64,000 nucleotides of DNA from Eledone cirrhosa (Eukaryota): assembly GCA_964016885.1 (NCBI GenBank), contig OZ024741.1:325996001-326060000 (forward strand), written 5' to 3'. This document shows, in pieces, positions 13,393-27,509 of this stretch (position 1 is its first letter; each line of letters starts with the position of its first letter). A model generated the notes under the pieces. That model was not told where the DNA came from, ran no database searches, and worked only from the letters and a program-made list of their open reading frames with translations. The position numbers were made by a program, and so were the translations under genes.

Positions 13393-13907
13393 ACACGTAT
13401 ATAGCATTCTCTGTTCAAGGGTTAGTCGGCCTCGTGGTTCTAGACGATATGATGGAGAAGACATTGTCCCCGAGGGTGGCGAGTGAGACGTGCTATGACT
13501 GACCAATTTCATCAGCAAGCATTAGTTTGTGGACGCAAGAGAAAGGTTGCTTATTGTAATTTTATATCTGAAACTACCAACAATACACTAAGTGCGGGAA
13601 CATAATAAACCCTAGAAAACATATACCTAAATATATTTGGACAGTAGATATGTCTAAGAAGAGATATCCATCTTCAGGTCTGAATATAACCGATTCTTCC
13701 AGAGAATGTTAAAATGAGAGAGAAAGAGAGGGAGGCGAGAGGACAATAGAGAGCAATAGATAGGGAGAGAGGGTGAGAGAAGATGAGAGAGGGTGAGAGG
13801 GTGAGAAGGCGAGAGAATGGGAGAACTAGAGAGGGTTAGAGTGCAAGAACGCGAGAGGGAAATAGAGTACGACAGAGGGTGGTAGTGAGCGAGAGAGGGT
13901 AAGAAAA

Positions 13908-13957
<50 letters not shown>

Positions 13958-14009
13958 AGAGAAAGTGATGAGAGAGAGAATGGCAATGGTAAAGGGAGAC
14001 AGAGGAAGC

Positions 14010-14160
14010 ATCGACTCAAGTACTGGATAGGCCCTTTATCGAGCGCCAAAGGATGAAAGGCAAAGTTGACCTTGGCGGGACTTGAGCTCACAATGCAATG
14101 AGCCAGATCAAATGCCGAGAAATTTAATTCGCCACCGTAGAGACTCTACCAATTCGTAGT
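14010..14160 (-). mobile_element. SINE copy
   Basis: GGATGAAAGGCAAAGTTGACCTTGGCGGGACTTGAGCTCA matches the main family. Confidence 0.65.
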
Positions 14161-14329
14161 CTGCCTTGCAATAAAACTGACTGTTAACATGTATCTGCTA
14201 GTGATCATGACAGTAAGCAAGATAATAAGGACATTATAAGCCGGATATACAAAGAGTATAAACAATTAAAATGTATTATTAATGAATTCAAGGCAGCATT
14301 GAGAAACATCTTCCCTATTTGTGACAACC

Positions 14330-14820
14330 TATATATCATTAATCAACTGACTTAAAAACATTAATCGATTTCAAGACGGCTTTCGATTCGGTAGAGACAG
14401 AAGCTGAGATGAACTCGTTGAGATAGTTCAAGATGTGGATGTAAATTATATTCAGATATCATTAATATCACCTAAATTAGAGGCGAGAGAAGGAGAGAGA
14501 AAAAGAGGGGGAGAGGGGGGAGAGGGGGGAGAGAGAGACAGAAGGAGAGAAAAATAAATGTTTTGGAACAGTAAGGAAGAGATAGAGATAGAGAGAGGGG
14601 GAAAGGGGCAGAAATAGAATGAGGGGAGAAGAAGTAAGAGGGCAAGAGAGAGAGAGAGAAAGGGAGAGAAAGAGAAAGAGTGAGGTGTAATAAGAGAGAA
14701 AGAGAGGAAAAGAGAAACAGTGAGTTGTAGTAACAGAGAAAGAGAGAAAAAGAGACTGCCTAATGTTAATATGGAGATTAGAAAGGGAGTAGGACGGGGT
14801 GAGACTTTTTCACTCCAGCT
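14330..14820 (+). pseudogene. Highly decayed RTE-like reverse transcriptase fragments split by a GA-rich tract
   Basis: Manual translation gives IDFKTAFDSVET (~14364-14400) and IRKGVGRGETFS (~14777-14812), matching RT motifs DF.KAFDSV and KGVRQGD.LSP; the second piece recurs at ~26550-26615. Confidence 0.5.
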
Positions 14821-15556
14821 TTGATACACTCTCTCAAGAAATACGTAAAAGTACACGTGACTGTGGAAAGCTTAGCCAAAACCACGTTAAATTCATGACC
14901 AGGCTGTTCCATTGTTCGAACAGCTGGGACATTCGTCGTCATAAGGACAGAAGGAGGTCCAACAAACACTCACAGATACACACACAGACACACACACACA
15001 TACAATGACATACACACACAAAAAGATATACACACACACAAAGACACACACACAAAGACGCATACACACAAAGACACACACACACAAAGACACACACACA
15101 TATTCAATGACATACACACACAAAAAGATACACACACACAAAGACACAACACTAAGAGACACACACACATACACACAAAGACAAACAGAAACCATATTTG
15201 ACTTTTATACGATGTGGTGCTTGTTTCGTTTTTAGTCCAACATTTTCATCCATTTTAATTCACCTTAAAGTCTAATCTATTAATACGAAGGTAGGCTGAA
15301 ATATTCATGAGAGAGTGGGCGAGAGAGAGAGATAGAGAGAGAAAAGTAAGAAAGAGATATAGAACTTAATTATTGACTGAAACTTTATCGACCTCGAATG
15401 GATGAAAGTCGAAGTTGATCTTGGTGGGATTTGGGCTTATAGCGAAAAGAGTTGAATCATATGCCACGAAGCCTTCTATCTAAGATTCTAACGATCTTAA
15501 AAATACTAACGATTATACCAATATGTATATAGTTATACTTGCGAGAGGACAAGACA

Positions 15557-15628
<72 letters not shown>

Positions 15629-16387
15629 GCAGTATATATTTTATTTAGTTTCAATGTTAAACTATAGGTAGACTACGTTTTATTCATGTTTTAGTCAAAT
15701 ATTGATATTTTAACATGAATGTTTTATTATTTACAAAAAAAAAAAAAAAGTAGAAACAATTATTTACATATATTTATAAAGTCACAAGCACAGAGACACA
15801 CACACATTCACACAAACACACACATAAACATAACCACGTAAACACAATCACACATACATATATATGGGTATATATGCATTGTTTTCTATGAATAAGCGCC
15901 CACACACAAAAACATAGACACACATATCTACACCACATATATGTATACATATATGTATACACATATATATATATATACATATATATATGCATATAGATAT
16001 ATGTGTATATATACATATATGCTTATACAAACACATATGAAAACACAGACACACACACATATATGTTGTATATTAACACCATTCCTAATTTTTTACATTA
16101 CCAGACTGTTAACATAAATTTTCGCCACGTCATGTGCTCATTTGCTCCGTTTTTTCATTTGTACCCAGAGTTCTCTCTCTCTCTATCTATATATACATAT
16201 ATATAGAGAGAAAGTGCGTGTGTGTGTATATGTGTGTGAGTGAGTGAGAGAGGGAGTGAGAGACGGTGGGCGGAGACGGTCACATAAATATATGAAAGCA
16301 ATATATTAAAATGTCACAGTAACTACGCAATACAAAGCAGAGCATAAATGTTTTACTATAGAAGAGCTTCTACAGGATTAGAAGCTC

Positions 16388-16492
<105 letters not shown>

Positions 16493-16671
16493 ATAATAAT
16501 ACTATTTATAGTTATGCATATAGTATAAACAACTATAAACAGGAAGGTCAGTAATTTCTTAATTATCTTATTACCAGTAAGAGAAATAGCTCAATGTATG
16601 AACATCAGTTGTTTTACAGAGCAGTTAAATAAATAAATTATACGATTATCAAAGTTGTGTTCAAATCATTT

Positions 16672-16723
16672 AATAGCTGACAATCGTTTCTTCCAAACTC
16701 TGGCTTGGTGTCATCGGAGCATT
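16672..16723 (-). ncRNA. Variant hammerhead in the Penelope 3' region
   Basis: Reverse complement AATGCT-CCGATGA-CA-CCAAGC CAGA GTTTGG-AA-GAAAC-GATT-GTC-AGCTATT; core has U4C. Confidence 0.55.
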
Positions 16724-17899
16724 ATCAATGTTTGCAAATATAATTAACATCCTATTCAACTGAACAATAATATAGATACATATAAATTGATGTTGTGAGC
16801 AACAGTTTCATATTTACAAGGTGGAATGGATTTTACATATATTTTACGAGAATTGTACGATAATTGTACAAACATTCATGTTCAAATTAAAATTAAAATT
16901 ATTAAAATTAAATTAAAATCAAAAGCACGGAGTGGAATACATGCAACAGTTAAAACAAGGGAATAGTCCAAATATTAAAGAGGCATTGAGGAAGCAGTTT
17001 TAGAGTCTATGGTGGATGTTGAAAGTTGATGGTGTTCGAATTAATGTTGAGAAACATACAGTTTTTGCACACTTTTCCATGACATATGTTGAATTAAATT
17101 TTAGTTAATGTTTATATTGAGTGTTTTAAGTTAGTTAGAGCAATGGATTGTGAATTAGTCTTAATGAATTCATATTCATAGACTATATTTGATCAACCGT
17201 TAAATGTTCAATCATTAATTTCCGGAAGTGAATAAGGGGAGCTAATGCGTAAGGGGAGGTAACTAGCTAATTAAGTTCAATTCAGTTATTAAAATTCTTT
17301 GTTCTAATACACAATACAATGTGATACTATTGGATCTCTGTTACATAATCCTGTATATTTATGCCTGACTTTAAATACAGTGTATTCTACTATCATACAT
17401 TAAAGGTTTCTTTAGATTGTTATCTATTCATTACTGGACAAGGTATATGTTATGAAGGATTATACAGCTGTTAATATCTCATAATAGATATGCCATATGT
17501 GCAATAATATAATCCCTAATTTAGAATGCTATTACATTTTATATTTAATTATAAGTGTATATATGCCTTATTATTATTATGTTGTGTAATTTAAGCATTT
17601 AATTATACATTTATAAATGCACATTATCATCACACATTACATTAAATATCTCTACATACCAAGTGCCAAATATCCATTACTGTATATGATATAATTAATC
17701 TATTGTAGTTATATCACAAGGTGGTAACTCTATGTCTAATTCTAACTGTTATTGCAGTGCATAAGGTTATAGATGAATAGGAGTTGTGTAGCGGAAAGAG
17801 TTGGTTGAGGGGTTTATGGTTGTGGGTGTTGCTAAGTCCTAGATGTGTAGTGTTAATAGTGGTGGGAAATTCAAATCTGACATTGTTGTATACTAACAG

Positions 17900-18730
17900 C
17901 TAGGTTTAAAGTTATGGAACGAGTGTCGGTACCGGTATTGGCACGAGGAAAATGTCTCTGACTTTCTATTAAGGCGGTTTAGTTTCGAAAAGATTATAGT
18001 ATGGGTCTCCAGAAGGCAGAAATTACACAATTTATTCGGTGGTTTATACGATGAGGCCCTACCTACTACTTCCCATTGCAGTGTAAATGGTCTATTCCTA
18101 GTTTTCAGAGAGAGTATGTAGCTAGATAAAGAAGTGGAGCTGACTAGATTGTGTTTTTTGAAAGAGTGGAGGTGCCAGTTGTATCTCGTCTTGAAGTTGT
18201 TCGAAGTAGAACCTATATATGTTTTAGAAGAGTTGTTTGCGTTGACAGTGCATGAGTATATGATGTCTTTGGTTAAGCAATTATTACCTAAGGGGCAAGT
18301 TCTATTAGTTCTACAGTTACATTTATTCTGGGTGTTATCTTGCCGGTTCCTATGTTGTGATGAATTCTGGTCGCTAGGGGTAGCACTAGGGTAATGATGC
18401 CTATCATTCGTATTGTTATTGATTTCATTAGTGCAGTACTATTATTACTACTATTGTTTACAGGTACTAAGTTTATCTCCTGTTGTGTTTTAATTAGTTG
18501 GAAATAGTTATTAATCTTCCTTTTATTACTACTAGCTATATGGCATGCTATGTTAGGTGTGGCGGAGTACGATATTTTAATTGTATTTTTATTGATAAGG
18601 CTATGGTACTTGTGGCCGGTCGAGAAGTCTTTTTCTAAGATTGAGAAGAAAGCCTTAGGCAAGTTGGTAGAGACGTTTAGATAGAAATGGGGATTGAAGA
18701 ATGTATTAGTTCTCCTATTTTTATTTATAG
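17900..18730 (-). pseudogene. Penelope linker, Zn-finger-like motif and GIY-YIG endonuclease (frameshifted)
   Basis: IIY...YIG signature, conserved R and H, and C-terminal LN.K.E; frameshift near 18400-18450. Confidence 0.85.
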
Positions 18731-18879
18731 TATTGTTTTTTGACGTATTTATATCCCTGTTTATATTATTATTGTGGTGTTTACTTTGGTATTAATCTTC
18801 GTCTTAGAGTTATAGTGGCTAGTGTTTTTACTATGTTTCCTCATGGCCATATTATAAGAAATAATGTTGTAACTATGTG

Positions 18880-18927
<48 letters not shown>

Positions 18928-18959
18928 GATAGATAGATAGACTCACATATACATACATA

Positions 18960-19120
18960 GGCGGCGAGGTGGCAGAGTTGTTAGAATATCGGAAAAAATG
19001 CTTTGTGGTATTCGTTTCAGCCGTCTGTATTCTCGGAGTTCAAATCCTGTCGAGGTCAACTTTGCCTTTCATCTTTTCAAGGCCGATAAAATAGTACCAG
19101 TCTAGTACTGGGGTCGATTC
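18960..19120 (+). mobile_element. SINE copy
   Basis: GGCGGCGAGGTGGCAGAGTTGTTAG head, GAGTTCAAATCC B-box, GCCTTTCATC block. Confidence 0.75.
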
Positions 19121-19321
19121 TTCCTCTGTATCTCTTTCTCACTTCCTCTCTGTCACTTTCTATCCTTCTTTGGAAGAAATCTGCTGTACTCAGGCCTGGA
19201 GAAGGATGGGCTCCGCCAGGCTTAATGTGCCCAAGAAACGCCTATGACAATACGGCACGGCTACAAATACATCAGGAGTTACAGGTCCATGTCATAAAAC
19301 ATATATATATATATATATATA

Positions 19322-20377
19322 CATTATGAAGAGAGAAGGAACATTTAGATATAATTAGTAATAAAATGTATCATACCTAAACTGCTCCTAGATTCCTCGA
19401 CTACCTAGTTTCGTGGCATAAACAAAAACAGTACATCATAAAGACATAGAGCCTTTGCCAGGTCTGCCGACGTATCAAGAGGATACCTCATTTTACTAGC
19501 TTCAAGAACGCGTCTACACGACGTGAGAAAGAATCCCAAAAGGCGGAGGGGGAGATAGTCACGCGATATAACGGTCGAGAAACAGAGCTAAGCCTCTTAT
19601 AACCCCGAAGAAAATACCGCGGAGGCGGAGGGGGTATTCATATCGAAGCCGTAGAAGAGGCGGTAAAGGAGGCGAGAAGTATGAGTAATGGCAGCTTTCC
19701 AGCAGTCCCCACACTTCAAAGATTACTCGACCAGAGGGAGTTATGAACAATATATTTAGAAACACACAGATACATGCGGACACACACATATACATGAATG
19801 CATCCACATCCAACCGTGAGTTAATGGTGCCAACCTTACCGATGTTGCTCAATGAATGACTGGGACAGACCAATCCGATTGAACTAGACTGAACCAGTAT
19901 CAGAGTTAAAAATACATTATGAAGAGAGAAGGAACATTTAGATATAATTAGTAATAAAATGTATCATACCTAAACTGCTCCTAGATTCCTCGACTACGTA
20001 GTTTCGTGGCATAAACAAAAACAGTACATCATAAAGATATAGAGCCTTTGCGAGGTCTGCCGACTTATCAAGAGGATACCTCATTTTACTAGCTTCAAGA
20101 ACGCGTCTACACGACGTGAGAAAGAATCCCAAAAGGCGGAGGGGGAGATAGTCACGCGATATAACGGTCGAGAAACAGAGCTAAGCCTCCTATAACCCCG
20201 AAGAAAATACCACGGAGGCGGAGGGGGTATTTATATCGAAGCCGTAGAAGAGGTGGTGAAGGAGACGAGAAGTATGAGTAATGGCAGCTTTCCAGCAGTC
20301 ACCACACTTCAAAGATTACTCGACCAGAGGGAGTTATGAACAATATATTTAGAAACACACAGATACATGCGGACACA
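19322..20377 (-). repeat. ~593-bp hammerhead-containing unit, ~1.8 tandem copies (left arm of a large inverted repeat)
   Basis: ACATTATGAAGAGAGAAGG recurs at ~19321 and ~19914; the peptides at 19938-20132(-) and 22953-23147(+) are identical. Confidence 0.9.
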
Positions 20378-21527
20378 TTGTTGATGGTGCGGAACTTGAC
20401 CGTTCGGCTTTCAATGTCTTTGGTGAATTCTTGAGGCATTTTTACCGATAAAATACCATTCTCTCCTTCACTTATGTATTGTTTGGCGTCTGTGATTCTT
20501 CGTGCCACATCTGAAATATTTTCGGGTATATAAGTCAAAGATTTCTTTGTTGTCTGTGCAAATGAAATCTTGTCGTCTGCTTTGCTTTCTGTTATGGTGT
20601 TATTTTCAAATGTTATTTTTGTGTTTGTTGTGTCTTTGTTTGTGTTATTAGTATTGTCATGCAATTTTTCAAATTTTTTTTTTCGTTGTTGGAATCCATG
20701 TCCAGATTTGTGTTTTCGTCATTTTTTTTCTCCGCAGATTCGTCTGTTTTTATTTTAATTTTTCCTTCCTTCTCTATGACGTTAGTTGGGAAGGAAGGGG
20801 GGGGGGGACTAAAGCGTGCGAGCTTACAACTCTTACCGCTGTCCCCCCACCACTATTTTCCTTCGCTGCGTTTAACATTTCTGTTAGACGATTGAAATTT
20901 TTTTGCCACAAAATTTTTTAAAACACGTTTTTCACCTCTAGGAGGGGTAAAGATGAGCTGTCCTACCGCCTGACAGTTCAGACGGGGGGGGGGGGGGGTC
21001 AAGCTACACAATCGTATCAAAATTAAATTTGAACTCACAAAATTTCCGCAATAAATTTGAACAAAACTGCTGCGCGAAGTGAATTACATCCACACTGTAG
21101 AACAGACGACAGCTGGATTGGTATATATATAGAGATAGATAGATAGATATAGATATAGATATATTGATATATAAAGGTAAACGAACGGTTAATAAATGTG
21201 TCTTTACTGAGAGTTTGCAAATTATTAAAGAAATATTTATGGTTGTGTCAAATTTTGCTAATAATATTGTCATATCATTTATAGGTAAGTACAATATAGA
21301 TATTTAGATCAGACAAAGAATCTTAGAAGTGATAATTTGTTCAACAGACACAACTGAATAGTGTTTGATTATGATTTAGCGATTTGAAGCGTATGAATGT
21401 ATGCAGATATTTATGTATGTACATGTATACATAATATATATATATGTACATACACACATATACGTATTTTATCTCCCTCTCTCCCTTTCTCTCTCTCTCT
21501 ATATATATACGGTATATATATATATAT

Positions 21528-21740
21528 AACGGAGGAAATGTGGTAAGGAACCAGGTGGACCATAACGCACCAAAGTACTCAATACTTAGGGTAGTAGAGT
21601 GGATAATAGGAACGAGTAGGACCCCGACGGCTGAGCTCAAGCCGTTTCGACGGCTAATTCTGGACTAAATGAAAATTTTCATTTAGTTCAGAATTACCCG
21701 TCGAAACGGCTTGAGCTCAGCCGTCGGGGTCCTACTCGTT

Positions 21741-21745
<5 letters not shown>
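21528..21745. mobile_element. pLTR-like fold-back element with half-hammerhead
   Basis: Palindrome ~21605-21745 centred on GAAAATTTTC; each arm carries GAAAC-GGC-TTGAGCTCA-GCC-GTC-GGGGTC (one arm with a minor variant); related copies at 25666-25850 and 27040-27118. Confidence 0.7.
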
Positions 21746-21818
<73 letters not shown>

Positions 21819-21841
21819 TATATATATTTATATATATATAT

Positions 21842-21880
<39 letters not shown>

Positions 21881-22287
21881 ACAATATATATATATATATA
21901 AAAATATATATATAAATATATATATATAGTTTTAATATAGATGAGATTCTACAGGGCTAGAACTGTTTTAAAATGTTATACTCTGCGGTGTATTGAGTAC
22001 CTTACTTACTGTGGTTACCTCCGATTCAACCTGGAATAATGTACGTATATATATATATATATGTATATATATACATAGAAATATCCACGGTTAGTTGTGG
22101 GGTCTAGTCTGCCTGAGTCTGGTTTGTGTGAGTGTGTGTGCATATATGTATAGATATAGATACATAACATATATATGTGTGTATGTAATTTGTACATTAC
22201 ATAAATATATAAATATATACACACGTATATATATATATATGTGTGTGCGTGTGTGTGTGTTTATATATATATATGTGTGTGTGTGTG

Positions 22288-22327
<40 letters not shown>

Positions 22328-22412
22328 TATATATATATTGACTATCTCCCCCTCTGCCTTTTGGGATTCTTTCTCACGTCGTGTAGACGCGTTCTTGAAG
22401 CTGTAAAATGAG

Positions 22413-22508
22413 GTATCCTCTTGATAAGTCGGCAGACCTCACAAGGACTCTATATCTTTATGATGTATTGTTTTTGTTTATGCCACGAAACTACGTAGTC
22501 GAGGAATC
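22413..22508 (+). ncRNA. Type I hammerhead variant (TTGATAA core)
   Basis: TCCTC-TTGATAA-GTCGGCA...TGCCAC-GAAAC-TACGTA-GTC-GAGGA; palindromic stem III ACTACGTAGT, GUC triplet, stem I TCCTC/GAGGA. Confidence 0.7.
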
Positions 22509-23005
22509 TAGGAGCAGTTTAGGTATGATACATTTTATTACTAATTATATCTAAATGTTCCTTCTCTCTTCATAATGTATTTTTAACTCTGATACTGGTT
22601 CAGTCTAATTCAACCGGATTGGTCTGTCCCAGTCATTCATTGAGCAACATCGGTAAGGTTGGCACCATTAACTCACGGTTGGGTGTGGATGCATTCATGT
22701 ATATGTGTGTGTCCGCATGTATGTGTGTGTTTCTAAATATATTGTTCATAACTCCCTCTGATCGAGTAATCTTTGAAGTGTGGTGACTGCTGGAAAGCTG
22801 CCATTATTCATACTTCTCGCCCCCTTTACCGCCTCTTCTACGGCTTCGATATGAATACCCCCTCCGCCTCCGTGGTATTTTCTTCGGGGTTATAAGAGGC
22901 TTAGCTCTGTTTCTCGACCGTTATATCGCGTGACTATCTCCCCCTCCGCCTTTTGGGATTCTTTCTCACGTCGTGTAGACGCGTTCTTGAAGCTAGTAAA
23001 ATGAG

Positions 23006-23101
23006 GTATCCTCTTGATAAGTCGGCAGACCTCGCAAAGGCTCTATATCTTTATGATGTACTGTTTTTGTTTATGCCACGAAACTACGTAGTCGAGGAAT
23101 C
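23006..23101 (+). ncRNA. Type I hammerhead variant, second tandem copy
   Basis: Same motif 593 bp downstream; antisense copies at ~19392-19488 and ~19984-20081. Confidence 0.7.
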
Positions 23102-23333
23102 TAGGAGCAGTTTAGGTATGATACATTTTATTACTAATTATATCTAAATGTTCCTTCTCTCTTCATAATGTATTTTTAACTCTGATACTGGTTCAGTCTA
23201 GTTCAATCGGATTGGTCTGTCCCAGTCATTCATTGAGCAACATCGGTAAGGTTGGCACCATTAACTCACGGTTGGACGTGGATGCATTCATGTATATGTG
23301 TGTGTCCGCATGTATCTGTGTGTTTCTAAATAT

Positions 23334-23400
<67 letters not shown>

Positions 23401-23554
23401 GTGTGTATGTGTGTGTATGTGTGTGTAAGATATATATTTAGAGAGAGACCTGTAAAATACCGACCACTGCGCCAATAGGTTTCGCCTTCAGTACTCCCAT
23501 GATCCCATGATTAGTGCTATCTCCCGTCTCAGTACCGCAGACTCTCTCTTTCTA

Positions 23555-23686
<132 letters not shown>

Positions 23687-24959
23687 CATACATAGAGAGA
23701 GAGAGAGAGAGAGAATAGGTGATTCAGTGATTCCGTAACTTCGAAAGGTTACCTTAAGCCAATAATCTGTGAAACGCGCATAACAGGCCGATTCTCAATA
23801 AAATCATAAATACACATAAACGAAACTTAATTGATTTTTGTAACTTTATTGTAAGTGATTCATATTAAAACAGCGGTTGGAGAATCTAATAATAATTTCA
23901 TTTTACATTAAAAATGCATTATATATGACAAAATAGAACATTACAAGAAATCCAATATTTACGAACGAACACTATACAATTACCGATTCGCCACCGTTTA
24001 TTCCAACTCCCCAGCTTATAAAAATCTATGCAAATGCCTAACCCCTAACTTATCCGCCCCTATTATTTGGGGCCCGAGTATAAGTATCGTTTCTCCCGAC
24101 GTTAATTTGCAATAATGTAAACGAAACCTTAACGCATTGATCTCATTGTTTTTAGCAGGCTTGCTATGGGCGCTGTGCCTTCTTCTAACCTAATAAATAA
24201 TGATAAAAAAAATAGTAATAACAAAAGAATAGAAATCTCAATCATAAATACGAAAAGAATAATGATTTATTTAAATGTATTTTAGAAATGGTAAATCAAA
24301 CCAGCATAATCATATCTTTTCTTTCTTAAAGGAAAAGTTAAATGTGCTCATAATATGTGGCACAATGAATTATTCATTCTAAATTATACCTGAAATATTG
24401 CTTGATCTTTCGGTTAGGAAAAAAAATGTCTTAGCAAAATGAACGTAAAATATATATTATCAATAACCACAACGACGCAACAATAAGAACAACACTACAA
24501 CAACGGGGAAAACAGCAACAACAACAACAAAAACGGTGAAAACATCAACAACAACAACAACAACAACAACAACGGCGAAAACATCAACAACAACAAAAAC
24601 GGTGAAAACATCAACAACTGTAAAAACATCAACAATGAGTGAGCAATTTTCAGATTTAAATAAGTGAGAGTAAAACATTAAGAAAAAAAAAAAACTTTAA
24701 TGTTTTTAAGTATTTTCATTTTTCATGTTGATGCGTAAACTCGCTTTGTAAATACAAGAGTTTATTTGTATATTTATATTGTCAAATATGGTGCAAATTA
24801 CATATTTTAACTGATCGTTTACATTTGATTTATACATCTCCCTAAGTTTCGTTCAACTTATTCATATTTGTTGTTTATAACAATAATATATATGCACACA
24901 CTCACACTCTTTTACTTACATATACATACATATATCTTCTTAGCTTCGTACGGACGTAT

Positions 24960-25072
<113 letters not shown>

Positions 25073-25296
25073 CGTGTAGCTCAGAAGTGTAGCTCTTTAT
25101 ACGAAACGTTTTTTTCCAATTCAGGTCGACGCGCACCTCCATCCACTTTTCTTAAAAAATAAATCATACTCAAAACGCCAGCACCAACAGTTTTGCAAGA
25201 GATGTCAACATGAATGGACCTATTATTTCTATCTAAAGACATTTTTTCCAATTCCACCCCGCCCGTCTTTTCAATCTATCTAATTTCTCATTCTTT

Positions 25297-25330
25297 CTTC
25301 TGATGAAGGACTAGCGTCCGAAACGTCAAC
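25297..25330 (+). ncRNA. Minimal hammerhead core
   Basis: CTGATGA-A-GGAC-TAGC-GTCC-GAAAC-GTC with ACGT palindrome; stem I poorly paired. Confidence 0.65.
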
Positions 25331-25492
25331 GCCCTCTTCCTGCTATTACAAGCATTAACCTAATATATTCCTTCCATAAACTAACCGATTGTGTTGTTAT
25401 TTCTGTATACCTTTTACACACACACACATACACACACACGTATATATATATGTAATAAAAGCGACGATTTATTGTCTTCATTACATTTATTG

Positions 25493-25586
25493 AGTAGTGA
25501 CGCACGTTTCGCTTTTGATCAGCCAAAGATTCGATCTGTATCCATCTAGCCCGACTCTGGAATCAAAACATCGTCGGATCATTGCT
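25493..25586 (-). ncRNA. Degenerate hammerhead with long stem II
   Basis: Reverse complement CCGACGA-T-GTTTTGAT...ATCAAAAGC-GAAAC-GTGC-GTC; weak stem I. Confidence 0.45.
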
Positions 25587-25665
25587 TAGTTCTACACCTC
25601 TATAGCGACTGGAAACTAAGCATCGAGTGCTCACTTCGGTGAGCCTACAGAAAAAATATATATAT

Positions 25666-25847
25666 AGGAAAATGTTCAAGATCCCGACGGCAGAGCTCAA
25701 GCCCGTTCGACGGCTAGGAAGAGCCGAAACGGCTTGAGCTCTGCCGTCGGGGTCTTGAACATTTTCCTGTTACCCACTCTACTACCCTAAGTATTGAGTA
25801 CTCTGGTGCGTTATGATCCACCTGGTTCCTTACCACACTTCCTTCGT

Positions 25848-25850
<3 letters not shown>
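25666..25850 (+). mobile_element. pLTR-like element with 5' fold-back (family of 21528-21745)
   Basis: Hairpin 25666-25768 with GAAACGGCTTGAGCTCTGCCGTCGGGGTC; ends in (TA)n. Confidence 0.7.
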
Positions 25851-25901
<51 letters not shown>

Positions 25902-26080
25902 TAACAAATGGAAACTATATTTATAAAACCATATTTATTTCATTATACATATTTCAAGGACAACAAAGCAAATTATGGTGCGCTTTCATCAATTATAAAA
26001 ATATTTGCTTGTTGTATCATATATATATATATATTATGGAGTGCTGTTGGATTTTCGCTGCAGTGTTTTCCATACCTTTC

Positions 26081-26117
<37 letters not shown>

Positions 26118-26418
26118 CACCATAAGAAAGAATAGATGAAGTATATTTTTCTTTAGAGTCTCTTAAATATAAAGTGTGTAGAGAAAATAAATGATATTGG
26201 TAAAAAGTAATATTGTTCTAGCTTAACATAAAGATAATAATGTGGTTGTTGTAGTGTATACGTAGATAATACATAGAAATATACATACACTGAAAGACGC
26301 TCATATTTACATACAAATATATATACATATATATCTAAATACACACACACACACACACTCACTCTCTCATTCTCTCTCTCTCGCACACACACACACATAT
26401 ATATATAGACATGTATAT

Positions 26419-26493
<75 letters not shown>

Positions 26494-26759
26494 CGTATTT
26501 AGATGATGGACGAGATAAAAGAGTAAACAATACCGAAGAGAGAAAAAGAGACTGCGTAATGTTAATATGAAGATTAGAAAGGGAGTAGGACGGGGTGAGA
26601 CCTTTTCACTCCAACTTTGTTGTACACAAACGGCAGACAACAGAGACCACGTATTGTTCCTCTCCGAAGAAAAACTTTCCCCATCTGAAAGCCCCCAGTT
26701 GATGGATGCGAAATCCGAAATAAAGGGACAATTAAATCACTTCCAAGGTAACTCTATCT

Positions 26760-26888
26760 CGTGCTCTGAGTTCAAATCCCGCCGAAGTTAACTTTGCCTT
26801 TCATCCTTACGGGGTCGATAAAATAAAGTACCAGTAATGAACTGGGTAATTGCTGGCCTTGTGCCTAAAGTAGAAACAGTTATTATTT
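26760..26888 (+). mobile_element. 5'-truncated SINE copy
   Basis: GAGTTCAAATCCCGCCG...GCTGGCCTTGTGCCTAAAGTAGAAACAGTTATTATT. Confidence 0.85.
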
Positions 26889-27115
26889 TTACACTCTTTC
26901 CTACGTTCCTCTACACCTTATACGTCTCATTCTACATGTCCTCTTACATCTCTCTCATCACCACCTGATTCTGTTGTTCGGAGATTTACCCATCTGCATT
27001 GTTTAGGCTTCCAAAACGACCAATTATATATATATATATAACGAAAGAAGTGTGTTAAGGAACCAGGTGGACCATAACGCACCATAGTACTCGATACTAT
27101 GGGTAGTAGAGTGGG

Positions 27116-27213
<98 letters not shown>

Positions 27214-27509
27214 AAAAGAATGAAACGAGGTTTCATTTCTCACTCTTAGTAAGGCTGATACCTAACTATAAGTATGTATACATACATATATGTGTACAGA
27301 CGCAGAGTAGTATGTATATATATATATATACAAACATGCACACAAATATATATGTACGTATGGGTTTACCGAACATTTATTATAATGTTCGGTTTGTTTT
27401 TAAACAAACAGCCCGAATTACGCCGTACATATATATATATGTGTGCATGTATGTATATATATATATATACATACTACTGTGCATCTGTACACATGTATGT
27501 ATGTACGTA

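Larger units (their letters stand above)
16500..18880 (-). mobile_element. 5'-truncated Penelope-like retroelement (C-terminal GIY-YIG endonuclease plus long 3' region)
   Basis: Manual translation: FFNPHFYLNVSTNL..NKNTIKISYS..CNCRTNRTCPLGNNCLTKDIIYSCTV..KTYIGSTSNNFKTRYNWH..CNFCLLE..LNRKSE; lies between (TA)-rich tracts; boundaries approximate. Confidence 0.85.
22339..23337 (+). repeat. ~593-bp hammerhead-containing unit, ~1.7 tandem copies (right arm of the inverted repeat)
   Basis: Reverse complement of the 19322-20377 unit; bounded by (TA)/(TG) microsatellites. Confidence 0.9.

Noticed and set aside
20380-20740. ORF 20299-20664 and a polypyrimidine/CAG acceptor-like site as a host exon
   Set aside because: Fused to a repeat unit, no recognisable domain; more likely element debris, although a small exon cannot be excluded without RNA data
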